Of a stretch of 64,000 bases of DNA, positions 36,801 to 49,842 are shown piece by piece; position 1 is the stretch's first letter, and the number at the start of each line of letters is the position of its first letter. The notes beneath the pieces were generated by a model. That model was not told the origin of the DNA. It saw only the letters and a program-made list of their open reading frames with translations, and did no database searches. This DNA is from Macrostomum lignano. Its lineage: Eukaryota. The translations under genes and the position numbers were made by a program. Location of the stretch: positions 62,001 to 126,000 of the forward strand of contig NIVC01001468.1 of NCBI GenBank assembly GCA_002269645.1. Direction: 5' to 3'.

Positions 36801-39800
36801 AAATATAGAAATCCTCACTAAGCATACCAAGCTTTAGCTAAATAAGGAACGGCAAAACTCAATACATTCAAATCAATTAAGAATTTGCCAGCTCAGCAAT
36901 GTCTGCTTGAAATTTAAAAAATACCCCCCCCCCCCTACCCAGAAACCCTGCAATATCACCGAAGCAGTCGCTATGCCAGTCCTTCAAACGCTTGTTTATT
37001 AAGGTTCTTTCTGGGAGAGCCTGCAGTGACGCAGCGAAATGTTTAGTAGGTCAAGCTGTCTGCGGCAGGGCACAATAGCGACCAGCACCAGCTCCGTATT
37101 CCAATAGCCCCACTCCACGCGCTTAGCTCAGATAGAATAATCAATGGCATCCCCTCTTGCTTCCGTATTTTATTCAAAACTTCTCTTCGAGCGAGGTTGG
37201 GCAGGGGTGGGGGCCGCGCAACCGGCTTCTCAAGTCTTTTAAAAAAAAATTGACAATTGCGGAGGTGGAACCCACTCGGCTGCCTCACAGAGCTGGCCCG
37301 CCAACTTTCAGCTGCCCTCAGCTGCAGTTTTTTTATACCCCCCCTTAGCCCTGACTGTCTGTTTAAAGGCTTCAATTCAAGGAGGTGGTGCAGCAGCGGC
37401 GATCGGGTGCCTCGACGCCTGAAATCGGCTTCCCTGTACATAGAGAATAACGCTAGAGTGACTTGGTAGCTCCTGGCTATAAAACTGATGCGGGCTTGTG
37501 AGCTTTAACTCCGCGCTATTGTGTATGAGTTGCTAATTTCATACACAGCTGGCTGGCTGGCAGGTCACATGACTTTGAATCTCACCCAGCTCCCGCGCTC
37601 AATATTAGCTTGAGTTGACCAATGCAAATACTATATGATAGTAAAATGACTTGTCATAACTATATTGCGTGGCAACATAAACTATCTTATGCCAGGTTAG
37701 CGTAAACTGTATATCTCTGATTGAACTGGCTGATTTTACTTACGTATTTGTCAAATTGCAGTTGCGGACAATTGTTTATGCTTCACAAGCCTAACACAGG
37801 TTATACTCGTAGTCATTGACGCTATCGCGCTAACAACTATTTATCGTTTTGCTTATGACAGAGGCCAAGGAAACCCCCCCGGCTGGTGCTGCAAGCTCTG
37901 GCATAAGCCGGAAGCCGTCAGCGAACTGTTTGTGTCATTGGCAGCGGATCAACGCGCTGAAAAGCATTTTGTAGTTTAAATTTGTTAAAATTCTGAAAAC
38001 ATGCATAGATGAATATCTGTTTCAAGTAAATACAGGGTCAGTTTTAGTGTCAATGAACTGTTTCAAACTTCAAACTGCTAACATTTTAAGTCTTGGCCTG
38101 TTGCACTTTAACAATTTGCCGTTAACAAGCGAAGCAACTCCGACAGGCGCTGGCAAGGCATGACAATGGCCGGGGCGCCGCTGCTGACGGCTCACGGTTC
38201 AAGAATGGCTGCAGCCACTCACTTTATTTTTAAAGCAAGACAACCCAAGGCGACGCACCTGTTTTGTCTCACATTATGCATCACCCCATGTCATTATAAA
38301 TGAGTTTTTTGTCTTGTCAAACACATCGCTTTCGGGGCCGGAGTTCTATGCGCTGTTGGAGCTGACAGAGTTACCCAGCCCCGGCATCATTTGTCTCTCA
38401 TACCCCAGTTAGCTCTATTTGCTCAGAGCCCCCTCTTGTCCGGGGTGGAAGGCAAATTATTGATGAAGAAAAATTCCAACTAAAAAATTGTGAAATTCTC
38501 TGATGATGCAGAAACACGGCAGAAGGAGCTAATGAATGAATAAGCAAGGCCCTGCGGAATGCCAGGCAAAGTCTCTAAGCAGAAGGCGGTAATTTCATAC
38601 CCCAATTTAAAAACGTTGCAAACTAAGGCTGGGAAAGTTCATGGATTTAAAAAATGGATCGATTTGTTTTTAACATTTTCAAACATTGTTGCCAATATAG
38701 CAGACTTCAGTTTTGTTGATATTGACAGAGTGCAGAAATTGCCAGCAGATTTTGCTTTTAAGCATCTCTTTCTATTCTTTGACTGTGATGTTTTTTCCTT
38801 AAGAAATCAAATATTGACAGCCGGTACCAGATTAGCACCCATGCCCAGTCATCCATTTGTCGATCAAGCCCCAGACTCTGATGATGGCAGATTTCTCTGG
38901 CGCAGTCCCTCTGTTTGCCAGAGGCCAGGGACACATAATGCACACTGGCTCACTGAAAAATTACCGGCGGGGTATCTGTGTTTGCATTCGACTAGCAATG
39001 TCTGTCTTTTAATGTCACAAATATCTATCACCCCAGTGCCCAGGGATTACAGTTGCTTAAGCACACACTGGGAATAGTACACAAAGTGAAACATTTTCTA
39101 GAATCCCAGGCAGAACCTGTTTTGATTGCTGAGTTGAAACAAAAAAATAGAAAACTTCTCTCATCCGGGTTGCAGCGTTGACAGAGACCAGCAGACTGAG
39201 GCAAATTTGCGAAACGGAAGTAAAATGCGACCGACTGCCCGAAGAAACAACATCCCCTCTCCCCCGATCTAGCTCGTAGAAGATGAAAATAAAACCTTCG
39301 AGCAGGAAGAAGAGACAAAAATAGTCGAAAACAGACTGACAAGACAGGAAGCGGTTAAATAGAAACGGTGACAATGGCACCGAACAGCTCCAAGGAAAAC
39401 TCTGAGCCTAGAAAGCGAGACGCATTCAAAGTTGCTGCAAAACTCCAAAACTGCAGACAAGGCTTGATTGAGTCCAGGCCAGCCAATCTGATGAAGACAC
39501 CACACACACACCAGAGTCGGCTTCCCGTCATCAGCTGGGCTGAGCGGAGAGAAGGGGAGCCACGCAGACCCTGTCCAACTGTTACACGTCAGATGTGTCC
39601 CACCCTTGCCCTGTTGCCTTACCCCCCGCCCTCGCCAATGAGAGACAGCCCAGCGGAAGGTACTGCACTGCTGCTTGCTGCTGCCAGAAGCAGCTGAAGG
39701 GAGTGGAGATCGGATTGAAATACAAATCACGCGGAGTGGAGAGACAAAAAAAGAAATTTCTCAGCCCCTCCCCGGCAGCTTCTATCGGGGTCTCCCTTGA

Positions 39801-39911
39801 GCGAAGAGTAGCATTCATTGCCCAGCGCTAACTAGCTAAGCTCACTTCGCTCCTCTCCAGTGCTTCTCTCAAACTCCCCGCCCACCTGTTGCGCTGCCTC
39901 TTGTAAAAGTC

Positions 39912-40110
39912 ATGTGCCAGGCAGAGAGCGCCAGCTACCAGAGGTTGCTGGACAAGAACCAGCAGCAGCATCAACAGCCGCAGCAACAGCGCAGTTTCGA
40001 CTCGGACAGCGCGTCAGCTGCCTTAACAGTCGGCGAAGACTCCGACTGCACAACCTCAATGGAAGAGGAGTTCACGGTGGTTGACGAGCTGGACACCTGC
40101 TCAACGACAG
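39912..40110 (+). CDS. Unknown disordered protein exon 1 (start may lie further upstream)
   Basis: MCQAESASYQRLLDKNQQQ...; preceded by acceptor ctcctctccag at 39860 with an open frame back to it; donor G|GTGAGT at 40111, phase 1. Confidence 0.65.
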
Positions 40111-41269
40111 GTGAGTTGCTCTTTTCGTTTCTCTATATTCATTTCTCATCTTGGCGAGAATCGCAATCGAGAATCGAGAATCCGAGCGAGTACTGTGTCT
40201 ACCAGAAATCAGCTATTATTGCTCTCTCGGTATGCTCCCCATCAAAAAAGGATTCCGCATTTACTGAGGCATCCCGCGGAGTGAGGCGGTGCCTGCGTTC
40301 GACACGACTGAGCGCCGCTGCGCGCTGCGTGACTTCGCTGAATTCGCTTTTACGACAATTCAAGCGCGCGCCCACTGGACCGCATCGGAGGGCAATCTCA
40401 TTTTTTTCTCCTTCCTGGCTTGCCGTCTTGACTGGCCCGATGGAGCCCCCAGAAGTCGCTGTCAGTTGTTGTCTTTAAAGAAAATTTGCAAAAGTTTCAG
40501 CCGGAGTTGAGGAAGAAATCGATCAACACAAGCAGAAACTGTTGCAGACATTGTTTGAGAGGGAAAAAAGGCGAATTGCTTCAACAAGGATTTGCTTGAG
40601 TCGACACATAGAGAAAACTTTTTTAGTTGAAACACGGCGCCCACAGTTGAAATTTTCAAGTGGATGCCCCCCCCCCGGTTGCGGAAGAGCTCCAGTCATT
40701 GTTGCAGGCAGGTAGAAGCAGGTAGCGTTTGAGTAGCGCGGCGGAGGCCCCAAATCCTCCGTGGACTTATGAATTATTAAATGACCTGATGGATCTGCGC
40801 GCATGAGGGCTCAAAAGCGTGGATGGGGGGGGTGGCGCCAACCCCCTCAGATGCCGATGCGGGACAACTGCTGCTGCACCGGAACGGGGCGGGAAAATTA
40901 ATAGACAATCAAATATGAAATATAAATTGCCCAGCCTAGCAAATGGGAATTGGGGAGGGGAGACATTGATAGGGAGGCCAAGTTTATTTTTTTAACTGTC
41001 AAAATTTTGAGGCTGGAAAAATTATCTCAAAAACGCTTAGATATTGGGCATTAAATATTCAAAACTTAATGTCCACTTGTAGGCGGATGGGTCCCGTTTT
41101 TACAACAGGCATGCAAATTTATTTATTCAAAATTAGATGAAGTAAAGTTGCGCGTCACAACGGGCCGGCTCTCGTAAGGAGACCAGCTTTTGAAAGTAGA
41201 TTTTGTACTTTAATTGAATGCCGCCATCTTTGCAGCTATAAATATAAATATATGAGACGGAGATATAAA

Positions 41270-43435
41270 TAATAGAGAGACGGAGAGTAGATTAGAGAGA
41301 CGCTGAATAGATTAGAGAGACGCAGAGTAGATTAGAGAGATTCAGAGTAGATTTGAGAGATTCAGAGTAGATTTGAGAGACCGAGAGTAGATTAGACAGA
41401 CTCAGAGTAGATTAAAGAGATGGAGAGTAGATTAAAAAGATGGAGAGTAGAGTAGAGGGATGGAGAGTAGATTAGAGAGACCGAGAGTAGATGAGAGAGA
41501 CGGAGAGTAGATTAGAGAGATGGAGAGTAGATTAGAGAGACCGAGAGTAGATTAGAGAGATGGAGAGTAGATTAGAAAGATGGAGAGTAGATTAGAGAGA
41601 CGCAGAGTAGATGAGAGAGATTCAGAGTAGATTAGAGAGACTCAGAGTAGATTAGAGAGACCGAGAGTAGATTAGACAGACTCAGAGTAGATGAAAGAGA
41701 CCGAGAGTAGATTAAAGAGACCGAGAGTAGATGAGAGAGACGGAGAGTAGATTAGAGAGACCGAGAGTAGATTAGAGAGACGCAGAATAGATTAGAGAGA
41801 ATCAGAGTAGATTAGAGAGACGCAGAGTAGATTAGAGAGATTCAGAGTAGATTATAGAGATGGAGAGTAGATTAGAGAAATGGAGAGTAGATTAGAGAGA
41901 CCGAGAGTAGATTAGAGAGATGGAGAGTAGATTAGAAAGATGGAGAGTAGATTAGAGAGACGCAGAGTAGATGAGAGAGATTCAGAGTAGATTAGAGAGA
42001 CTCAGAGTAGATTAGAGAGACCGAGAGTAGATTAGACAGACTCAGAGTAGATTAAAGAGACCGAGAGTAGATTAAAGAGACCGAGAGTAGATGAGAGAGA
42101 CGGAGAGTAGATTAGAGAGATGGAGAGTAGATTAGAAAGATGGAGAGTAGATTAGAGAGACGCAGAGTAGATTAGAGAGACCGAGAGTAGATTAGAGAGA
42201 CCGAGAGTAGATTAGAGAGATGGAGAGTAGATTAGAAAGATGGAGAGTAGATTAGAGAGACGCAGAGTAGATGAGACAGATTCAGAGTAGATTAGAGAGA
42301 CCGAGAGTAGATTAGACAGACTCAGAGTAGATGAAAGAGACCGAGAGTAGATTAAAGAGACCGAGAGTAGATTGAAAAGATGGAGAGTAGATTAGAGAGA
42401 CTCAGAGTAGATTAGAGAGACGCAGAGTAGATGAGAGAGATTCAGAGTAGATTAGAGAGACCGAGAGTAGATTAGAGAGACCGAGAGTAGATGAAATAGA
42501 CCGAGAGTAGATTAAAGGGACCGAGAGTAGATGAGAGAGACGGAGAGTAGATTAGAGAGACCGAGAGTAGATTAAAGAGACCGTGAGTAGATTAAAGAGA
42601 CCGAGAGTAGATGAGAGAGACCGAGAGTAGATTAGAGAGACCGAGAGTAGATTAGAGAGACCGAGAGTAGATTAGACAGACTCAGAGTAGATGAAAGAGA
42701 CCGAGAGTAGATTAGACAGACTCAGAGTAGATGAAAGAGACCGAGAGTAGATGAGAGAGACGGAGAGTAGATTAAAGAGACCTAGAGTAGATGAGAGAGA
42801 CGGTGAGTAGATTAAAGAAACCTAGAGTAGATGAGAGAGACGGAGAATAGATTAGAGAGACCGAGAGTAGATTAAAGAGACCGAGAGTAGATTAAAGAGA
42901 CCGAGAGTAGATGATAGAGACGGAGAGTAGATTAGAGAGACCGAGAGTAGATTAGAGAGACCGAGAGTAGATTAGAGAGACCGAGAGTAGATTAGACAGA
43001 CTCAGAGTAGATGAAAGAGACCGAGAGTAGATGAGAGAGACGGAGAGTAGATTAAAGAGACCTAGAGTAGATGAGAGAGACGGAGAGTAGATTAGAGAGA
43101 CCGAGAGTAGATTAAAGAGACCGAGAGTAGATTAAAGAGACCGAGAGTAGATGAGAGAGACGGAGAGTAGATTAGAGAGACCGAGAGTAGATTAGAGAGA
43201 CCGAGAGTAGATTAGAGAGACCGAGAGTAGATTAGACAGACTCAGAGTAGATGAAAGAGACCGAGAGTAGATGAGAGAGACGGAGAGTAGATTAAAGAGA
43301 CCTAGAGTAGATGAGAGAGACGGAGAGTAGATTAGAGAGACCGAGAGTAGATTAAAGAGACCGAGAGTAGATTAAAGAGACCGAGAGTAGATTAAAGAGA
43401 CCGAGAGTAGATTAGAGAGACGGAGAGTAGATGAA
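41270..43435. repeat. 20-bp minisatellite (gagagtagattagagagacc), about 2.2 kb
   Basis: Strict 20-bp phase; lies in intron 1 of the disordered-protein gene. Confidence 0.97.
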
Positions 43436-44018
43436 GACAAGAGATCAGTGAGACGCAGCGCACATGCGAGCGGGAAAGCACGAGTAGCACTGAGACACTA
43501 TGCATGCATAGAATATGAACTGAAGCACAAACAGGCACAGGAAAGCAATATATATTCTTGAACAAAATGGTCAAACCAAGCATTTCGCGAAATGGTATTC
43601 TGGCAGATTTTGACTTGGATCCATCTGTGTGTGGCTGGCCTGGCCTACTGAATAGCTAGGAATATCTCAGCGAATTATCTTATACAAAATTTTTATGCTC
43701 ATATCGGAAGCACCCGCGTTGGTTTACGATTAAAACGGTGCTTCCTCAATGCTCAGTTTTGTCTCTAGAATTTCCCACCCAGTCAAGCCGATACGAAGGT
43801 AGGCAGAGCGGAAGCATTATCCCATTATTTTGTTTTCCACCCCAGCCCCCACCCGTATCGCCATTTCCGGTCAGATGGCTGAGTAGGGGTTTGAGAGAAA
43901 GAGAGGCAGCGGAAGTAGGTAGTGGTGAAGACAACGGCCAAACAGGATAAATAAATAACTCCCTCTTAATTCCTGCTTAATTCCCTCCCGCTCGAACCCC
44001 CTCTCCGGTTACTTGCAG

Positions 44019-44583
44019 CGCCAGCGGTGGACGGGCAGCATCAGCCGGGAGAAGCGGACGAGGAGACATCCGCCGCAGTAGCGGAAGCGGCGTCAGAGAC
44101 ATCAGGCAAGTCGCCGCCGCGGCAAGCCATGGAGTCCTCGGCCGCCGCGCCATCGAGTTCGCAGCAGGCGGCAGGCGGCGGCAGGCGGAACAGCAGGAAG
44201 AAGCAGCACCCGACGAAGAATCAACAGGCGACGGCGCCGTCAGCCGAGGCGGTGCTGCGCCAGTCGCTGCCGCACCACAACTGGTTTGAGCAGAAGCTGC
44301 AGAGCACCGGAGAGTCGCCGTCAGAAAACCGTCAGTTCCGCGTCTGCTATTCGACCTCGCCGGACGGCGACCGGCGCCAAGTGCCGACTCTGCGAATTGT
44401 TGACGTCAGGCGGCTGGCCGAAGCTGCCAGGGAGGTCGGCAAGGAAGGCGACAGCTGCGACGCTGCAGAGGCGGAGGCTTGCGATGGAGACGCGGACGCG
44501 GATGAGGAAGAGGAGGAGGAGGACGGCGCGGAGGAGCAGGGCTTCATCCTGGGCGACAGTCCGTATTCGCCGAAAGCTGACAG
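44019..44583 (+). CDS. Unknown disordered protein exon 2
   Basis: Acceptor acttgcag| in phase 1; GC-rich coding style; donor AG|GTGAAT, phase 2. Confidence 0.75.
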
Positions 44584-44711
44584 GTGAATTACTAATATTC
44601 ACACCTTGAAACTGGGACTTTTCTTTGAAGATTTTCATCTATTAATCTGGGTAAGTAATGGTTCTAATTACCTCTAGCACCTTGTTCTCCCCCACATCGC
44701 GGATACTTCAG

Positions 44712-44926
44712 CAAGCCCGACAGACAGTCGCAGCAGGCGGTCCCGACAGCTCAGGCTCCGACGCCGCCGACACCGCCGCCGCCGCCGCCGCCCGACGAAG
44801 CCGCGCCGGAGGAGAAGCGCCGGATTCGAAGCGGCCAGGACGCCGATGCCTACGAGAAGGCCCTGCCGTTGAAAAAGCGACGCCTCGTGCAGGACAGCGA
44901 TAGCAAGGATCCGTCCACTCGGTCTC
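44712..44926 (+). CDS. Unknown disordered protein exon 3 (polyP, LPLKKRRL)
   Basis: Acceptor acttcag|C in phase 2; reads KPDRQSQQAVP..PPPPPPDE..YEKALPLKKRRLVQD; donor C|GTGAGT, phase 1. Frame not shown in the ORF track. Confidence 0.72.
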
Positions 44927-45102
44927 GTGAGTGCAGTAGGCTCGATTCGCTAATATTAGGTAACTGAGTAACTATTTATTTAGGCTGGGTTCGTCATCGT
45001 TAGTTTCCGGTACGGTTCCGGGTTTTCTTCCTAACTGAGGAGCCACACGAAGAGTTCATGACATCCATTTTTGATTAATTCTCGCAAAAACAGACGTCAT
45101 CC

Positions 45103-45557
45103 AGATAAACCGGAACCGGATAAACGGAACCGGATAAACCATAACCGGATACAAACCGGAACCGGATAAACCGGAACCGGATAAACCGGAACCGGATAAA
45201 CCGGAACCGGATAAACCGGAACCGGATAAACTGGAACCGGATAAACCGGAACCGGATGAATCGGAGCTGGATAAACCGGAACCGGATGAATCGGAGCCGG
45301 ATAAACCGGAACCGGATAAACCGGAACCAGACAAACCGGAACCGGATAAACCGGAACCGGATAAACCGGAACCGGATGAATCGGAGCCGGATAAACCGGA
45401 ACCGGATAAACCGGAACCGGATGAATCGGAGCCGGATAAACCGGAACCGGATAAACCGGAACCGGATGAACCGGAACCGGATAAACCGGAACCGGATAAA
45501 CCGGAACCGGATAAACCGGAACCGGATAAACCGGAACCGGATAAACCGGAACCGGAT
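45103..45557. repeat. 15-bp minisatellite (ataaaccggaaccgg)
   Basis: About 30 units in intron 3 of the disordered-protein gene. Confidence 0.95.
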
Positions 45558-46427
45558 TTTCAGACAGTGGCACTAGCATTCCAGACTTACGCTCGTGGAC
45601 GGCCTCTCTTACTCTCCGAGCGCACACAGATACTGTGGGGTACTGAAAACGCACTCAGTTAGCCAAAGCCAAGCAAGAACAACAGGCAGCCACCCCGTTG
45701 TGTTCCGCTTACCCCAGGGATCGATTCTATTGAAGCGAATGCGAATAATAAGTATTAGCTTCGATAGCCACTCAACGGAGAGAGTGCACATCGAACTGGG
45801 AGGCTATAAGCCCAGGACCAAAGATATCGGGATAAATCGATTTTTCCTAGGATCGCCCAAACTCGTTTCGCCGATCGATAATAAGCAATATAAGCGGCAG
45901 CGCTGATCCAGTCTGATATGCAGTTTACACAACAACTGCAAACAGGGACGGGGGCGCGCACAGCTGTCCAGCGAATGAATACTCACCCATTGTTGGGAGA
46001 ACGGCTATTGTTGACTGGCATAAAAAACTACTCGGCTCTCCCAGCGGTTCGAAGAAAAGAACCATTGATCCTCTTGACTTCTTCTTAGTCAGTAGGGACT
46101 GAAAAATGCAAGAATCCAACAGGCCTTTAAACATAAGTTTCAAAGACAAATTGCAATGTGCCCGGGGGATTATTTCCTCACCTAGTTTTATCCCTGCACT
46201 CGCGCCTTTTTAGCGGGAAAGGATTGCAATAAGAAAAAAATTCTCCGCCAAACGAGCGGCTTTTCTATATGACATTCAAAATAAATTTTCCCGGGAAAGG
46301 AACTTAACTGGACTCATTAAAATGACTGAAATTTTCCGTGATAGATAGGATTGGATGAAGCTGGGCGGAGGATCAAATCTAATGGCGTTGACCTTCTGTT
46401 CTCCTCAACCCGCCCCTCCCTGCCCAG

Positions 46428-48589
46428 CGTCACCGCAGCCCCTCCCGCTGATCAACCCCGCAGCGCCTCTGTCGCTGAGACGCAAGGAGGCGCCGGTGCT
46501 GGCCGTGCCGCCGGTTTGCCGCGACGGCGAGGACGAGGAAAATCCCGAGACTGCGGGGCAGCCGGGGACGCCGGTGCCCGCCTTGGAGGGCGCCACGTCC
46601 AGAGCTGACCGGCCGGCCTCTGCTGTTGTCGAAGCCGCCGGCTTCAAAGACAACTCAGCCAGGCAAATCGTCGCCGGCGATTCGGCGTGCGGTTCGGCCG
46701 CCGTCGACGCCGCCGGGTCCCAGCAGCTGCAGACAGCACAGCCGACCCGGCCGTCAATAAAGACTCCATCGCCGCCAACCCTGACGGTGCAGTCTGATGT
46801 CGGAAAGTCGGTGACCAAAACACTCTCGGCTGTTATCGCTGAAGCTGCCGAAGCGAGCTTGGGCGGCAGCGGCGGCAGCGGCGAAGGCGACGGCGGCGGT
46901 CCTCCGCAGCTGCAAAAGACAACTCAGGAAAAGCCAAAGCGGCCACAGAAGAGGCAGCAAAAGCAGCAAAAACGGCAACAGCTGCAACAACAAAGCAGCT
47001 TAACGCCCGAGGAACAACTGGCAACGCGTCAACAGAAAAGAAAGTACAACAAGCGCAAAGCAGCGGTCGCTGATTCTCCATCTGTCGACGGCGAAACTTT
47101 CGCGAGTAGCACAGCTGCCTATCTGCAGCAGGTGCAGCAGCATCTGCAGCATCATCAACAGAAGCAGAAACAGCAGCAGCCGCAGCAGCCGCAGTCGCAG
47201 CAGCAACTTCTGCCTTACTGCTATCCACATCCGCAACAACAGCAGCAGCAGCGGCATCCTCAGCCTCAGCGGCAGCCGCTATCCATTGATTTAACCGAAG
47301 AGGAGAGAATGATGCAGCGCTGCGGAGTTCAGCATCCGATGTATCCCACCGGCGGCGTGCAGAATCAGCGCTTCAACTGCAGCACTGCCGTTTCACCTAC
47401 CGGCTATCCGGCCCGAGAACCAGCCAGGTCCTTCCTGAGCCACACCGGACCGCCGGGGTTCGCTAAGCAGCATCAGCAGCAGGCTCACCCGTACGGCCAG
47501 CAGCAGAGCTATCAACATTCCTATTCGCACCTGCAGCGACAGCAGCCGCCGCCGCCACAGCCGCAGCGCCACATTCCAAGACAACAGTCGCAGTCGCCGG
47601 GTTCGCAGATTCCAGGCAACTTTGATTGGACAGGCACGCAGCAACTGACGCAAGGACCGACTACGTCAAAGCAGCCTCGGCGAGGCCCACCACCGCCGCC
47701 GCCGACCCCGCTGCCGCCGCCATCGCCGTTCCTGCCAGCGCATCCCATGACATCGCAGGCGGCTGCTGCGGCTGCGGCTGCTGTAGCTGCAGCAGCAGCG
47801 GCTGGTCCTACTGCACCCAGTCTGCCGCCTCCGCCACAAGCACAAATGTCTTCTCACGGCTATCCCTGGTCGCCACCGCCTCCTTACATGAACCAGCGCA
47901 ATCGCCAGTCATCTGCTGCGGCGGCGGCGGCGGCAGCATCCAGTGGATCATTCCGCGGCGTGCCCTACGCAAACTACGGCGATGACCAGTCGAGCTGCTA
48001 TTCGAGCCGCTACCACCAGATGCTGGACTATTCGCCCGTGGTCAAACCGCCCGGTCAGTCGCCAATGCCCGGACAAGGCTATGGCCGCTATATGCAGCCC
48101 CAATTGCCAGGCAGACATAACCAGCTGCAGCAGCACATGCGGCAGCAGCAGCAGGGTCAGCTCCAGGCTGCGCCACACTTGCCTCCCTCGTGGCTTGGAC
48201 AGCAGCAGCACCAACAGCAGCTGGAGCAGGCTCATGCAACTGAAGCTGCCAATCGGCTGGCCCGCAAAGTGTCAGGCGGTGACCAGCCGGGCGGCAATCT
48301 GGTGTACCCGATGCCGCTGCGGGCCGGACAGAGAGCCTACCCGACGCCGCCGCCCCAGCTGTCCACAACGCCGAAGCCGAAAACGCCGAAGGCTTTGAAG
48401 CAGAAACAGCAACAACAACAACATTTTCACGGACAACAGCGGGGCGAGCACTTGATGCAGTATCATCATCAGCAGCAGCCTCAGCAGCACATTCCAGTGC
48501 CACAACGTGAAAACGCAGCCTCAGACATGATGCTGTACCAGCACGCAATGTATCCGCCCACCGATCTGATAAGCCACCAGTTCGGCTAA
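46428..48589 (+). CDS. Unknown disordered Q/P/A-rich protein exon 4; spliced product about 1046 aa
   Basis: Acceptor cctgcccag| in phase 1; long ORF to TAA 48589; four exons sum to 3141 nt; AATAAA at 48802. Confidence 0.8.
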
Positions 48590-49424
48590 TTCAACTCCAA
48601 TATCACGGGGCACATGAAAGTTGAAAGACCATTTTAGTCAGGCTTTTTTAAAGCTTTTTTTGCTTTATGAAATTATTGTTGCTTCCGAGTAGTTTGTGCG
48701 TGGCAAACTGATGTTTTGTGTGTTTTCTGTACAACTGTCCCTTCGCCCCCTGCAGAACATATCCATTCTTGGAAACGACAGACTGTTGTTAAATTTTATT
48801 TAATAAATTGGACCCACCATGCCATTGATATCCGAAATTTCACTTTTTTTCCATAAACTGTTTGCTTTTTAAGGCCTCCTTTGGGTTCTGAACAATCAGA
48901 ATTGAACTCCGCTTAAGAAATCCTTGTACTGAATAACACATTTTCAGGATTCCGCCTCCCTCTTTCTTGCAAATTGTATCATTTATCATTGTTGCTTGTA
49001 TCATCCAAGCCCATGCCTTTTCTTCTTTTGTTTGTCTGAGAGGACGCGTTTCACCCCCATTATCCTGCAATTCTATTGTCTAGCGCTGTTCCATGGATGC
49101 AGCTAAGCCATTGTCACAAATCCCAAGTTTTGTGAAGTCGTGAAAATACAACGCAGAATTCTCTTTTAGCATTATCGCAGCGGAAAGTAGCATAATTACT
49201 GTTGTTGTTCTACCAGGCAAAGCGGACCAAACTGCCTTGGAGCAACTGCTTCGGAATTGGTGAATCAGGAATGGCGTACTGTAGCTTAACCTGACAAAAG
49301 AATGAGAGACAATTGTTTTTTGGGGCTTTTAGTTGGAGAAAAAACAGCAGACCATGAAGAATCTTGTATTCCTGCAGTTTCATATCTCTAGCTATAGATC
49401 TACATGTGGGCAAGCTGTGCCCCG

Positions 49425-49842
49425 GTAGCTACTTGTAACTCTACTCGCTAGTTACTCGTAACTCTACCAGCTACTCGTTAACTCTACCAGCTACTCGTAA
49501 CTCTACCAGCTACTCGTTAACTCTACTAGCTACTCGTAACTCTACCAGCTACTCGTAACTCTACCAGCTACTCATTAACTCTACCAGCTACTCGTTGACT
49601 CTACCAGCTACTCGTTGACTCTACCAGCTACTCGTTAACTCTACCAGCTACTCGTTAACTCTACCAGCTACTCGTTAACTCTACCAGCTACTCGTTAACT
49701 CTACCAGCTACTCATTAACTCTACCAGCTACTCCTTGACTCTACCAACTACTCGTTAACTCTACCAGCTACTCGTTAACTCTACTAGCTACTCGTAAATC
49801 TACCAGCTACTCGTTAACTCTACCAGTTACTCGTAACTCTAC
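49425..49842. repeat. 19-20 bp minisatellite (ctctaccagctactcgttaa)
   Basis: About 21 tandem units. Confidence 0.95.

Noticed and set aside
36000-39850. Scattered 60-170 aa ORFs and possible upstream exons of the 39912 gene
   Set aside because: AT-rich codon usage unlike real exons and no convincing donor/acceptor pairs; needs RNA-seq.
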